Part shown: in pieces, positions 45,026 through 55,321 of the stretch
Position numbering within the stretch: position 1 is the first letter of the stretch
Layout: each line of letters begins with the position of its first letter
Source: a bacterium
GTDB lineage: Bacteria; Zhuqueibacterota; Zhuqueibacteria; Zhuqueibacterales; Zhuqueibacteraceae
Assembly (NCBI GenBank): GCA_037444905.1
Contig: JBBILN010000031.1
Span: 1 to 64,000, forward strand
DNA length: 64,000 bases
Direction: 5' to 3'
Notes under the pieces: model-generated
What the model saw: the letters and a program-made list of their open reading frames with translations, nothing else
The model's database searches: none
What the model was told of the DNA's origin: nothing
Position numbers and translations under genes: made by a program

Positions 45026-46009
45026 ATGAACATGGCGCCTCGTTTTCCGTACTTCGTGCTAACGGCGATCCTCTTGTTTGCCGCCTCAACGACATTCGCC
45101 CAAGACACCCTCCGCTTCACGCCCACGGTCGGTCATCAAACTTTCAAAGTGCGCGAGCCGGTGTTGCGCATGAAGCCCGGACAAGTGCTCGTGAGCGAAA
45201 CGATGATGGGAGGTTATTACACCAAAGAAGGCGGCGCGTGGCCGGGCGAGGTTGGGCCGATTTACATCGAAGGCGCAACGCCGAATGATCAACTCGTGGC
45301 GAAGCTCATTCGCGTGCGGCCCAATCGCGATCTCGCGCCCGCGGCGATTAGCGGCAACTTCGGCGGTCTCGGCAGCGATGTGCGCGTGCGCATGCTCAAT
45401 CCGCCCGTGCCCAACGAGCGCTTTCTGTGGCAGCTTGATCGCGTCCGCAATCTCGGCATCTTGGAGCTACCTCGCAGTCGCGTGAAAAGAATCGAAGCGC
45501 CGCTCGCGCCCATGCTCGGTCGCGTTGCGGTTGCGCCGCGCGGAGAAGAGTCGTATGGCGGATTGTGGCCGGGCTATTTCGGCGGCAACATGGATGCGCC
45601 GGAAATTCGCGAAGGCGTGACCGTGTATTTGCCGATCTTTCACGAGGGCGCATACGTTTATTTCGGCGACGGCCACGCGCTGCAAGGCGCAGGCGAGATT
45701 GCGGGCACGGGCCTCGAAACCACAATGGCCGTGACGCTGCAATTCGATCTCATCAAAAACAAGCCGATTGATTGGCCGCGCATTGAAGACGATGATTACC
45801 TCATGGTCGCGGGCAGCGCGCGGCCGCTCATCGATGCGTTTCGCCTCGCGCACGTGGAGTTGATCGAATGGCTCGAAACCGAATACGGCTTCGATCGTTG
45901 GGAAGCGTATCAAGTGCTCTCGCAAGTGGGCACGAGCACGGTGGCGAACATCGTCGATCCGCAATACACGGTGGTCGCGAAATTTCCGAAGAAGTATTTG
46001 CCAAAGTGA
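45026..46009 (+). CDS. Acetamidase/formamidase (FmdA_AmdA) family protein, secreted
   Basis: Signal peptide, then 'GPIYIEGATPNDQLVAKLIRV...NMDAPEIREGVTVYLPIFHEGAYVYFGDGHALQGAGEIAGTGLE', the FmdA/AmdA signature. Confidence 0.75.
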   Translation: MNMAPRFPYFVLTAILLFAASTTFAQDTLRFTPTVGHQTFKVREPVLRMKPGQVLVSETMMGGYYTKEGGAWPGEVGPIYIEGATPNDQLVAKLIRVRPNRDLAPAAISGNFGGLGSDVRVRMLNPPVPNERFLWQLDRVRNLGILELPRSRVKRIEAPLAPMLGRVAVAPRGEESYGGLWPGYFGGNMDAPEIREGVTVYLPIFHEGAYVYFGDGHALQGAGEIAGTGLETTMAVTLQFDLIKNKPIDWPRIEDDDYLMVAGSARPLIDAFRLAHVELIEWLETEYGFDRWEAYQVLSQVGTSTVANIVDPQYTVVAKFPKKYLPK

Positions 46010-46074
46010 ACGTATGAGGTTCAGTCACGGCTGAGCCGTGACTTGATCTTTCCCAAAACACAACAGGAGCACAC

Positions 46075-48036
46075 ATGAAGAGGATTCTTCAGCCTTTTGC
46101 GCTTGCGACTCTCATCAACCTGCATCTGGCGGCATGGTCGCAACTGGGCGCACAAAACGCTGTCAAGCCGGAAAACGATCGCATGAGTGGCAACCCCGCT
46201 GCCGCGTATCAGCCGGATATTTACCAAATTCTCAACCTCAACAACCTATCAACGTGGATGCGGCGCGACGGCCAATCCAATCATTCCCCGACCGGCGACA
46301 ACGGCACTTATTTTCCGCGAGGAACGGCTGCGGTGATTTATCAAGACGGTTTCGTCTTCGGCTCAAAGGCTTATCTCGACTCCGCGAAAACCAAGCCTGC
46401 GCCATTCAATCATCTCATCCGTGTCGGCGGCGCAACGTACAGCACCGGGATGCGTCAAGGATGGGTAACCAGCAGCGGCGCCCAAGCTTATCCCATCGAT
46501 CCCGGCCATCCACGCGCGCGTATTTATCGCATCCGCCGTGACTGGAGAGTCGCCCTCAAAAATCAAGACGGCAGCTTTACAGAAGAACTCCGGCGCGATA
46601 CAGCCGAGTCATACGAGATCGCACTCGCCGCGGTGCAGCCGCAACAGATGCAAGCAGTGTATGACCGTTACACGTTGGATTGGAACAACTGGCCGGTCGA
46701 TCTCGGCGCGCCGTTTATTGATCGCAATCGCAACGGCGTCTACGATGTTCCGCCACCGTTGAGCGAAACCTTCACTCACAAAGATCTGATTGCTGGCGGC
46801 TATGACGAGCCGGGCATCGCGTTGAGCGACATGAATCGACCGGCAGAGCAAGTCGTCTGGGCGGTTTGCAATGATCTACACGAGCCAACTTCGGTATCTC
46901 GTTTCGGTTCGGAGCCGACTGGTTTGGAAATTCAAATCACGCAATGGGCCTACAAGAGCAATCCGGAGTTAGGCAACGTCTTCTTTCGTCGCATTCGTTT
47001 CATCAACAAAGGCGGCGTCGATATTGAAAGAAACGGCAAACGCGGTGTTTTCTGGTTGGATAGCATGTACGTCGGACAGTTTGCGGACGTGGAAATCGGC
47101 TACAGACAGGACGATCTTGTGGGCTGTGATACACTTTCGAGTTCGGCATATGCTTACAACGCCAAGGCGAGCGACACGGATTATCAGAAGTTCAACCTTG
47201 CCCCGCCCGCGGTGAGCTATGGCTTGCTACAAGGGCCAATCGTGCCCACTGCCAACGCGATCGCGTTCTTTGATTTGAAAACGCGCAACGGTTTTACGAA
47301 TCTAGCCATGACGGCCCATTCCTATTTTTCAGACAGAGCCGTCTATTCCGATCCGGCCGGCGGATATACTACGAATGCGCTGCTTTGGCACAAGATGCTG
47401 CGAGGTTTCGCGCCATTTGAGAATACGCTGGAACGCTATGCTCATCCGCCCGGCGTAACGCCCGGGCCGTTTCCGCTGGCCGGCGATCCCCTCAGCGGCG
47501 AGGGACACATCGACGGGCTTGATACGCCATATTCTCTCAAACCCGGAGATCGTCGCATCTTGCTCGCGACCGGCCCGTTTCAAATGGCGCCGGGCGATAC
47601 GCAAGAGGTGGTGCTCGCGTGCGCGGTCGGATTGGGAGCCGATCGCCTTTCCAGCCTTGCGCTCGTCAAGTCGCTTACGCGAAAACTACACGCGGCATAT
47701 CCCAACGTCGAAAACATTCCAACGCGCGTGCAAGAGGCGATGAATTCGCCCGCGCCCGAACGCTTCGCGTTGCTGCCCAATCATCCCAATCCTTTTGCAA
47801 ACGTGACTCGCATCGAATTCACACTGGCGCAAGCAGGAGAAATCAAGCTTGCGATTTATGATGTTCTCGGCCGTGAAGTATTCGCGTTGACGCAGGGGCG
47901 CAAAGAGCCTGGGCAGTATTCTGTGCTCTGGAATGGGCGGGATCAACGCGGCGATTTCATGCCAAGTGGAATCTACTTTTGCCGTTTGGAAATGAAAGAT
48001 GGCGCTCTTATGCGCAAGCTTATGCTATTGCGCTAG
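46075..48036 (+). CDS. Secreted protein of unknown function with a T9SS C-terminal sorting domain
   Basis: Signal peptide MKRILQPFALATLINLHLAAWSQLGAQ. The C-terminus is 'ALLPNHPNPFANVTRIEFTLAQAGEIKLAIYDVLGREVFALTQGRKEPGQYSVLWNGRDQRGDFMPSGIYFCRLEM'. Confidence 0.6.
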   Translation: MKRILQPFALATLINLHLAAWSQLGAQNAVKPENDRMSGNPAAAYQPDIYQILNLNNLSTWMRRDGQSNHSPTGDNGTYFPRGTAAVIYQDGFVFGSKAYLDSAKTKPAPFNHLIRVGGATYSTGMRQGWVTSSGAQAYPIDPGHPRARIYRIRRDWRVALKNQDGSFTEELRRDTAESYEIALAAVQPQQMQAVYDRYTLDWNNWPVDLGAPFIDRNRNGVYDVPPPLSETFTHKDLIAGGYDEPGIALSDMNRPAEQVVWAVCNDLHEPTSVSRFGSEPTGLEIQITQWAYKSNPELGNVFFRRIRFINKGGVDIERNGKRGVFWLDSMYVGQFADVEIGYRQDDLVGCDTLSSSAYAYNAKASDTDYQKFNLAPPAVSYGLLQGPIVPTANAIAFFDLKTRNGFTNLAMTAHSYFSDRAVYSDPAGGYTTNALLWHKMLRGFAPFENTLERYAHPPGVTPGPFPLAGDPLSGEGHIDGLDTPYSLKPGDRRILLATGPFQMAPGDTQEVVLACAVGLGADRLSSLALVKSLTRKLHAAYPNVENIPTRVQEAMNSPAPERFALLPNHPNPFANVTRIEFTLAQAGEIKLAIYDVLGREVFALTQGRKEPGQYSVLWNGRDQRGDFMPSGIYFCRLEMKDGALMRKLMLLR

Positions 48037-48245
48037 CCTTACCGGTGAGGCAAGAACTGAAAAAATGACTTCGAAGTATTACTCAACAACAAAGCCTTTT
48101 CGACGCAAAATATCTTTGCGGGGGAAAAGGCTTTGACGTATCGGAAATGCGCTCCGTTTCTTTCATGGCTTCTTGGGAATGACCCAATACGGGGAGACAA
48201 AGTAGCGTTGGCTTTGTGTCCCACCAGAACTGTGCCTGCGACCCC

Positions 48246-49418
48246 TCACACCCGCTTCCACAAAATCGACTGCTTGCGCAACACGAAGCGCACAAAGCCG
48301 AAAACCGTTGACACATTCCCCATCAAAAAGTAAAACGGAATATACAGGTAACGAATGCGCAAGCCGACATATTCCTGCAAGAACCCCAAAGCCCCGGCAA
48401 GATAGAAAGCCAGTTGCAAATCGAGCAGGAGCCAGTAAAACGGCGCTTGCGCCAGAAAACAGGCGAAAGGCAAAGCGAGAATAAAGAAAGGGCTGGCAAG
48501 GCGCAGCACTTTGTGTGAAACGAACTGCAGCGCCACGATGCCGCGCATGGGATTGCACAAACTGCGCAGCATGTAAATCTGCTGAAAGTTGCCGACGTTG
48601 ATGCGGATGCGGCGATTGAATTCGCCGTTCAACGTCGTGGATTCATCTTCGACCACGACGGCCTCCGGCTCGTACTGCACCCGATAGCCTTCTTTGATAA
48701 TGCGCATGGGCAGAATGAAATCGTCGTTGATGGTTTTCTTGTGCAGCGGCTTGAAGAGCCGCCGGCGGAAGCCATATAGCGCGCCGTGCGCCCCAATGGT
48801 GGAGTGCACGAGGCTCTCATATTTTTTCAAAAACGTTTCATAGTGCCAATACACTTTCTCCGTGGCGCTGCGCAACGATTCATCTTCGGTATCAAAACTA
48901 TACACGCCGGAAACACACCCCACGCGCGCATTCTGAAAATGGCGCAGCAATTTTTTTAAAGCCTCCGGCTTGACCATGCCCGAAGCGTCGGAAAGCACGA
49001 CGATATCGCCGTCCAAAGTGGGAATGACTTGATTGAGCACCGTGGTTTTGCCTTGGCGCGGTGTGAGCGGGAGAAAGGTGATTTCATTCGCACCATAGCA
49101 ACTCAGCATGGCGTTGGTTTGATCCGTGGATCCATCCGAAGCGACCACGATTTTGAGACGATCGCGAGGATAATCCAAATCCAACGTGTTTTCCACTTTT
49201 TTGCGGATGACGCGCTCTTCATTATAGGCGAGAATGAGAAAGCTGACCGTGGGCCAGTCGTGGTCGTGCAAAGGGGGCTGCGCTTGCGCCTTTCCGTGCG
49301 CAGGCTCAAGCCACCGGCGCACGTGCGCGAGCGCGAAAACGAGCAGAGGATAACCGATAAACGTGTAAAACAAAACGCCGAGACACAGCCAAACTGCAAA
49401 TCGCCAGAATGATTCCAT
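48246..49418 (-). CDS. Family 2 glycosyltransferase (processive, cellulose-synthase/PgaC-like membrane GT2)
   Basis: I place the start at MESFWRFAVWLCLGVLFYTF (ATG at 49418) rather than at the ORF-track start 49544. DxD-type motifs 'ILAYNEE', 'VASDGSTD', 'VVLSDASGMV' and a QxxRW-like region are present, with C-terminal TM helices. Confidence 0.8.
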   Translation of the reverse strand: MESFWRFAVWLCLGVLFYTFIGYPLLVFALAHVRRWLEPAHGKAQAQPPLHDHDWPTVSFLILAYNEERVIRKKVENTLDLDYPRDRLKIVVASDGSTDQTNAMLSCYGANEITFLPLTPRQGKTTVLNQVIPTLDGDIVVLSDASGMVKPEALKKLLRHFQNARVGCVSGVYSFDTEDESLRSATEKVYWHYETFLKKYESLVHSTIGAHGALYGFRRRLFKPLHKKTINDDFILPMRIIKEGYRVQYEPEAVVVEDESTTLNGEFNRRIRINVGNFQQIYMLRSLCNPMRGIVALQFVSHKVLRLASPFFILALPFACFLAQAPFYWLLLDLQLAFYLAGALGFLQEYVGLRIRYLYIPFYFLMGNVSTVFGFVRFVLRKQSILWKRV

Positions 49419-49589
49419 GAGACGGTTCCAGAATATGATGCAATCACATTCCGGCCACCGTCCGATGTGCAGCCGAAACTCCCGAGAAAGGCTGGTGGGT
49501 TGGATTGATGGAATCTTGGAGCACGGCGGCCAATGCTCTTTCACTCCAGGGCGCCATCATTCCGCAAAATCCGCCGCTCTGCTGCTCTT

Positions 49590-50303
49590 TCAATTGAGCA
49601 ATTTCCAAAGTCCGGTGATCACGCCGATGTAGATCAGCGGCTGAATTGGACGCAATACTTTCTCGAACGCATAGCCCCATTTCGACAAACGATCGGGTGG
49701 AACGAGAATGACATCGCCGTCATGCAGGGCAAGATTTTGATCGAGCGCGCCGTTCTCCATCAGCTTTTTGAGATTGACTTTGACCATTTGCTGGTTCTGC
49801 GCGGTAGAGGTGTTGCGAAACAGTTTCACTTTCGCCATGCTGGCTTTTTTCGTGGGGCTGCCGGCTTCCGTGATGGCGTCCATAATGGTCATATTCTTTT
49901 TGATGAGGTATTTCCCCGGGCTGCCGACTTCGCCCAAAACGAACACGCGTCGCGCTTCATATGAGGCGATGACCACCGTGATTTCGACGTCAATGATGTA
50001 TTCGCCCAGCAGCTTCGTCATCAGCGCATCGATTTCATCACTGGTTTTGTTTTCCACGTACAAACTGCCGATGAGGTCGAACGAGATGCAGCCATCCGGG
50101 CCGACTGGCTCGGTGAGCGCGAAACTTTCATTTTGCGCCGCCCCGGGGCCTGCGGTAATTTGCAGAACATCGCCCGGCCCGACGCGATAGCTCGCCTTGT
50201 TCAAAGGCTCCGCTGAAGGCACGGCGACCGAATCCACTTGGGCCAAAACGCTTCCGACCAGCAACCCGACAGCAACCAAAACGAACGGCAAGATTTTGTT
50301 CAT
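49590..50303 (-). CDS. Polysaccharide export protein (Wza/GumB-like, Poly_export plus SLBB domains)
   Basis: I place the start at MNKILPFVLVAVGLLVGSVLAQ (ATG at 50303) rather than at the ORF-track start 50588. 'YRVGPGDVLQITA' is the Poly_export motif and 'VFVLGEVGSPGKY...LHDGDVILVP' is an SLBB domain. The gene 4-bp overlaps the upstream deacetylase gene. Confidence 0.65.
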   Translation of the reverse strand: MNKILPFVLVAVGLLVGSVLAQVDSVAVPSAEPLNKASYRVGPGDVLQITAGPGAAQNESFALTEPVGPDGCISFDLIGSLYVENKTSDEIDALMTKLLGEYIIDVEITVVIASYEARRVFVLGEVGSPGKYLIKKNMTIMDAITEAGSPTKKASMAKVKLFRNTSTAQNQQMVKVNLKKLMENGALDQNLALHDGDVILVPPDRLSKWGYAFEKVLRPIQPLIYIGVITGLWKLLN

Positions 50304-51070
50304 GAGGTATCCTTCCCACTTCGGAAAGAGGTTTTGAGGTAATGCAGATTTTGCCATAGAAAATGATAACCGGTATTGCCCAGCGCGCGTTTGCCCAGTT
50401 TGCCGAGTTGGTGCAACGTCACGCTTTTGGTGAGGTGCCACTTGCTTTCGCGCAGAATTTGTGCAAGCTCGGTTGTAGTTGAACGAGCCGTGATCACCCA
50501 ACGCGGCCACAAACGCACATTCGGAACTTTGCTCGGAACGTAAGCCTCGTGCCCGGGCCTCGAAGTAAAAATTTCGCGATAGCCGCACGCCGAGGCAAAT
50601 TCTAAAAGCGCCTCGTCATATCTGCCGCCGGGCAATGACATTGTGGAAATTTCTTTGCCGAGCAAGTCGGCGAGAATTTTTTGCGGCACGAGAACTTCCT
50701 GCTCCATTTGACTGCGCGTCAATTGTGCGAGAAAAATGTGCGAATGGGAGTGTGCGCCGAATTCCACGCCCGCTTGCGCCAATGCCGCAATCTCTTCACG
50801 GCGCAGCATGCCGGCCGCGCCTATCTTGGCGGTGGTCACGAAGCAGGTGCAGCGGATGCGGTCTTTTTCCAACAGCGGCCACAGCAAATGATACAGGCTG
50901 CCATAGCCATCGTCAAATGTCAAGTGCAACCGTGCGCGCGCCTGCTCGTGCGCGCGGAACAGCGCCAGATGAGTCAGAAAATCTGCATAGCTCACATCGT
51001 ATGCCGGCTGCCATTCTTTGAAATCGATTTGCTGCTCTGCACGCGCTATATTATGATACATCAAAACCAT
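50300..51070 (-). CDS. Polysaccharide deacetylase (NodB-homology domain)
   Basis: 'LTFDDGYGSLY', 'HSHSH' and related NodB motifs. Confidence 0.8.
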   Translation of the reverse strand: MVLMYHNIARAEQQIDFKEWQPAYDVSYADFLTHLALFRAHEQARARLHLTFDDGYGSLYHLLWPLLEKDRIRCTCFVTTAKIGAAGMLRREEIAALAQAGVEFGAHSHSHIFLAQLTRSQMEQEVLVPQKILADLLGKEISTMSLPGGRYDEALLEFASACGYREIFTSRPGHEAYVPSKVPNVRLWPRWVITARSTTTELAQILRESKWHLTKSVTLHQLGKLGKRALGNTGYHFLWQNLHYLKTSFRSGKDTS

Positions 51071-51195
51071 GTCGTTTGCGCAAGAATCTCATCGCATTGT
51101 TGCATTCTTGGAATGAGGGCGCATTGGTTTGAAGCCGCGCTGCCATTGCCGAAGCTGCACAGTTGGAACAAGAGCTTCCAACACGCCGGCCTCTC

Positions 51196-52356
51196 TCACT
51201 TCCTGATTTCACGGGTTAGCTTTAGATACATCTCTTCCACGCGTTGCAGCATCCGCTCCGCGCTGAAATGTTCCAATACTCGCGCCCTTCCGCGTTGCGC
51301 CATGCGGCGAGCGCCCTCGGGATCGCGCAAGGTATCCGCAAGGGCTTGCGCAAGCGCATGCGCGTCATCGGAGGGCGCCAAAATGCCGTACTCTCGCGAC
51401 GGCAAAATTTCCGGATTGCCGCCGACACTAGTGGCCACCACCGGCACTCCGCCGGCCATCGCTTCCAAGATCGCCATCGAGATGCCTTCGGTTTGGGAAG
51501 AGGAACAGAAGACCGTCATCACACCGAGCACATCCGTGATGTCTTTGCGATAGCCCGCGAACACGACGTGCTCTGTGAGCGCAAGCTCGCGCGTACGTTG
51601 CCGCAAGCTCGCCTCTTCCGGCCCGGCGCCGACGAAAAGCAAACCGGCGCGGGGATGTTGTTCCAACACTTTTGCAAACGCTGCAAGCAGAAGCGGATAG
51701 TTCTTGCGATACTCCAAACGCCCGACTGTTCCAATCACGTACTGAAATTTTTCCAGACCTAGCTCTTGCCGCATTGGCGCAAGCCGCCGCTCGTCTTCGC
51801 GCTCGGAAAATTCCAGACCATTGTGAATGGTGATGATTTTTTCAGCGGGCAAACCGCCTTGCACGAGCAAACGCTGGCGCAATTCTTCCGAGACAGTAAT
51901 GACGCGCGCCGTTTTGCGGATAAGAACTTTTTCCAGCCAGCGCCGGCGCTGATCCTCGATCGTAAAACTCGAGTGCTCGTGCGTGATGAGCACCGGCACG
52001 CGCGCGAGTATGGCCGCAATTCGGCCCCATAAATTCGCCGTGAAGACGTGACAATGAACGATGTCGATCTGCAATTCACGCATGAGCGCCCGCAAGCGTA
52101 AGATAAGGCCCAGATCAACCTTCGGGCGCTTGTGCATCACATGCACGGGAATGCCTGCTTCTTCCAACTCGGCCGCCATGCGACCTTTGCGCGTGAGGCA
52201 ACAAACTGTGACTGCAAACTTCTTCGGGTCGAGGCCGAGCGCAAGGTTGATCAACACGCGTTCCGCGCCGCCGTTTTCAAGGTCTTCGATGAGGTGAAGA
52301 ACTTTAAGGCGTGCGCCGTGGCGCGCTTTTGCCAACGCTTCTTTCGCATTTCTCAT
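51196..52356 (-). CDS. Family 4 glycosyltransferase (GT-B, retaining)
   Basis: N-terminal 'LHLIEDLENGGAERV' plus the C-terminal GT4 core with the E-x7-E region ('...SQTEGISMAILEAMAGGVPVVATSVGG'). Confidence 0.85.
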   Translation of the reverse strand: MRNAKEALAKARHGARLKVLHLIEDLENGGAERVLINLALGLDPKKFAVTVCCLTRKGRMAAELEEAGIPVHVMHKRPKVDLGLILRLRALMRELQIDIVHCHVFTANLWGRIAAILARVPVLITHEHSSFTIEDQRRRWLEKVLIRKTARVITVSEELRQRLLVQGGLPAEKIITIHNGLEFSEREDERRLAPMRQELGLEKFQYVIGTVGRLEYRKNYPLLLAAFAKVLEQHPRAGLLFVGAGPEEASLRQRTRELALTEHVVFAGYRKDITDVLGVMTVFCSSSQTEGISMAILEAMAGGVPVVATSVGGNPEILPSREYGILAPSDDAHALAQALADTLRDPEGARRMAQRGRARVLEHFSAERMLQRVEEMYLKLTREIRK

Positions 52357-52365
52357 TGCGGCATA

Positions 52366-55314
52366 TCACGGCAAGATCAAAACCTTTTTAATCATCTGCG
52401 ACCAGCTTGCCGTTTCCACAGCGCGATAGCGCAGACGCAGAAAATATGTGCCCCGCGCGACACGTTCGTGGTCGTCATTCCGTGTTTGCCACACATGATG
52501 ATATGCACCCGCGGCATAGCCGCCGCTCGCAAGCCGGCGTACGACTCTTCCGGTCAAATCCAGCACTTCCAAATTGACTTCGGCGTTTTGCGGCAGCGCG
52601 AATTGGATGTGCATCATTTGGGCGTTCGCGGATTTCGCGGCCGAAAGCGGGTTGGGAAAACTCGACAGCGCGAAATCTTTTGGCAATTCCTGCCGCGCTT
52701 GCTGCGCGACGGCGGTCCCGTGCTCATTCACACTCGCATTGCCCGAAGTTTTGATATACTTCAGTGAGAAATCATCCGTCTGGTTGTTGATGTCCTGGCC
52801 ATAGCGGAAAAACCCGGTGTACCAAACCTCCGACTTTGGAAACATCTTCGTCGAATCCTTTGCAACCGCCGCGAGCTTGTTGTTGATGTAGTAATCAAAA
52901 TAATTCGCGTCCGGCTCTTGGCGAATTTTGATGGTGATCAAATCGCCGGCTTTGGGGTCGCTTAAACCCGGCCAACGGCCTAGATCGGTTGCGCCTTCAT
53001 AGGAGCCTTTGTTGAGCGCCCAAAGCCAGACACGGCCGTAGCGATGCCAAAGCCAGTAGCCGCTGGCGTTCGTGTTGTTCCCGTCCAACATCAACGCTAC
53101 TGCGCCTTCGCGCACGCCGCCGGCATCCGCATGTTTGCCCCAACGATAACTCAGCTCGATAATTTGCGTGTAGCGATCATTGTAGAGTTTGTTGAACACC
53201 GCGAGATAACGCCATCCGCCCTGCGCGTTTGCATTCAAATCCAACTCGTTCTCTTCGATATGCCAATACGCGCCGTCATAGGTCCAATCCGGGCCGATTT
53301 GGCTGCGGTTGAAATTATCAAAAACGGAGAAGACTTCCGGCCCGGTGGTGAAGCTGGTGTCGCGCGCCGCCGCAAGATTCCCCAACACATCACGCGCTTG
53401 CACCCGCAAGCGATATGTGGTTTTCGGCGTGAGCTCATTCAACACGAGCTGATGCTGCGTGACTTGGGTGGAGTCGCGCACGGAGTTTTGCAGAGTATTA
53501 TTAGGGCCATATTGTGCTTCGCTCGTCGCCGTCTCATCCGTCGCCCAACTGATGGTCACCTCATTCGCAGCAATGTTACTGATCTTAAGATTCGAAATGA
53601 GCGGCGGCGTGGTGTCTTTGATGACTTTGAAATATGCAACACAGCCTCCATTCGGAGGGCTGAGCGTGATGGGCGCAGTGGTCACGCCGGAAATATGCGT
53701 GCGCCAACGTCCCGCGCGCGTTTCGAACCAATCGCCGTCCAGCTTGCTCTGCGTTTCCGTTAGGGCGATCTGAAACGCGTCGCGCGGCTCCGAATAGACG
53801 ACATATTCCACGCCCGGCGTGCCGGCGAGCCAGCGCGAGCTGCCAAGGTCTTCAAATTTCGTGAAGCGCTGCCATGCGATGGAATATCTGCCGTTGTTCG
53901 TCCAAAAATCTTTCAAGTAGGTGATGTAACTCGCGCCTTTGGAAAACAAGTTCTCCGGCGTGAGCACAGCATCATACTCAGAAGTGAGCGTATTGCCATA
54001 AACAAAATAGCCGCCGCGCATGATGATTTGCCACGCGTCTTTGCGCAACTCGTCCGCGGTTTGGCGGCCTTCATAACCAAAGCCGCTGTTGATGACCGGC
54101 TTTGCGAAACGACGATCGAGACTGATGCGCGCTGGGTCCGTGGTTTGTTGATAGATCGTCGTGTGCCAATTCGCTGCGCCAAAATCATCGGCGCTGGTGT
54201 CGAGCGTGTGCGTGGTGATGGGATGATGATACGGATCATTTGCTTTGAGCCACTCGCCCACGTATGCGTGCCCCGTGATGGGAGCGCCTTTTTCATATTC
54301 TCCGGAAGTGATCCACACCACATTGAACGCAGCGTAACGATTGACGACGTACGCGAGATAGCGGTCGAGTTGTTCGCGGCTTGCAAAGAGCGGCCACGTC
54401 TCTTCGGGCCAGCCGAGCACCAATCCCACGGCCAAGCCTTTGCCATTGAGAAATGCGAGGCGTTGATCGAGCGCTTGCCAATAAGCGGGATTCAAACTAT
54501 CCACATTGTTCGCGAAAAATGCCGGGCCGCCTTCATTGCGCGCGCTGCTGTTGGGTGAAATCGTGAAGAGGCGACCGTGCATGTAATTAAAACCTTGTTG
54601 CGCGCGGGCTGCAACATACGTTTGAAATGCTCCGGGCCAAGATAACGCCGCGGAACTGAATGCCCACTGCGTATCGCCGATGAGAAAAAACGGCGCGCCG
54701 TCCGCATGCGCAAAGGTATAGGGGAATTGTTCGGATTCGCGCAAAGGTCCGTGCGCAGAAACATGTTCGTCCGGCAAGCGATCACTGCAACGCAGGCCGC
54801 CGCCATAGCCATCGTAATTCGGATCGCTCGATTCCGACAGCCAACACCAATCTCCAAAAGCTTCCGGCATGAAGCGCGCGCGAAAACTTCGCTCTCCCTC
54901 CCAAAACGCATAGACACTGAGAATTTTGCCGGTCGCTTCGCCGGAAACCCCGGTGAAAGCGACCTTCACGTCCGGGGCATGGCGATAAGTTGCAGGCGCG
55001 CCCGCGGCGTCATAGAACACCACTTCGTAGACACCATAGAGCGGCACGTTCTTCAATTTGGCTGCAGCCGGGCTTGCTGGGGAATTTTTGCTGATCGTGG
55101 AAACCGCCACCGCGCATGGAAGGATGCGACGACGATCCCATATGCTTTTGTCATGAACCGAAGCGCTGACGGAATCAATAACGGCGGACGGGAATTGCAG
55201 CTCCTGTGCAGCAATGGGACGCACCATGACAAGACTGAGTATGGCGAAGCTCACTCTTACCCAGCCGTGGCGGCGGCAAAAAGATTTCATCAAACGAGGT
55301 TTGAAAATAGTCAT
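52366..55314 (-). CDS. Secreted glycoside-hydrolase-like protein (DUF4038/GH140-like TIM barrel) with FN3-like and beta-sandwich domains and a T9SS-type C-terminal domain, encoded inside the EPS locus
   Basis: The start is ambiguous (ATG at 55314 or 55290); a signal peptide MKSFCRRHGWVRVSFAILSLVMVRPIAAQ is present. The barrel region includes 'DGAPFFLIGDTQWAF...GLAVGLVLGWPEE...VVWITSGEYEKG'. The C-terminus is 'FPNPLSAAKSANAQMMHIQFALPQNAEVNLEVLDLTGRVVRRLASGGYAAGAYHHVWQTRNDDHERVARGTYFLRL'. Confidence 0.6.
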   Translation of the reverse strand: MTIFKPRLMKSFCRRHGWVRVSFAILSLVMVRPIAAQELQFPSAVIDSVSASVHDKSIWDRRRILPCAVAVSTISKNSPASPAAAKLKNVPLYGVYEVVFYDAAGAPATYRHAPDVKVAFTGVSGEATGKILSVYAFWEGERSFRARFMPEAFGDWCWLSESSDPNYDGYGGGLRCSDRLPDEHVSAHGPLRESEQFPYTFAHADGAPFFLIGDTQWAFSSAALSWPGAFQTYVAARAQQGFNYMHGRLFTISPNSSARNEGGPAFFANNVDSLNPAYWQALDQRLAFLNGKGLAVGLVLGWPEETWPLFASREQLDRYLAYVVNRYAAFNVVWITSGEYEKGAPITGHAYVGEWLKANDPYHHPITTHTLDTSADDFGAANWHTTIYQQTTDPARISLDRRFAKPVINSGFGYEGRQTADELRKDAWQIIMRGGYFVYGNTLTSEYDAVLTPENLFSKGASYITYLKDFWTNNGRYSIAWQRFTKFEDLGSSRWLAGTPGVEYVVYSEPRDAFQIALTETQSKLDGDWFETRAGRWRTHISGVTTAPITLSPPNGGCVAYFKVIKDTTPPLISNLKISNIAANEVTISWATDETATSEAQYGPNNTLQNSVRDSTQVTQHQLVLNELTPKTTYRLRVQARDVLGNLAAARDTSFTTGPEVFSVFDNFNRSQIGPDWTYDGAYWHIEENELDLNANAQGGWRYLAVFNKLYNDRYTQIIELSYRWGKHADAGGVREGAVALMLDGNNTNASGYWLWHRYGRVWLWALNKGSYEGATDLGRWPGLSDPKAGDLITIKIRQEPDANYFDYYINNKLAAVAKDSTKMFPKSEVWYTGFFRYGQDINNQTDDFSLKYIKTSGNASVNEHGTAVAQQARQELPKDFALSSFPNPLSAAKSANAQMMHIQFALPQNAEVNLEVLDLTGRVVRRLASGGYAAGAYHHVWQTRNDDHERVARGTYFLRLRYRAVETASWSQMIKKVLILP

Positions 55315-55321
55315 GCTCGAA

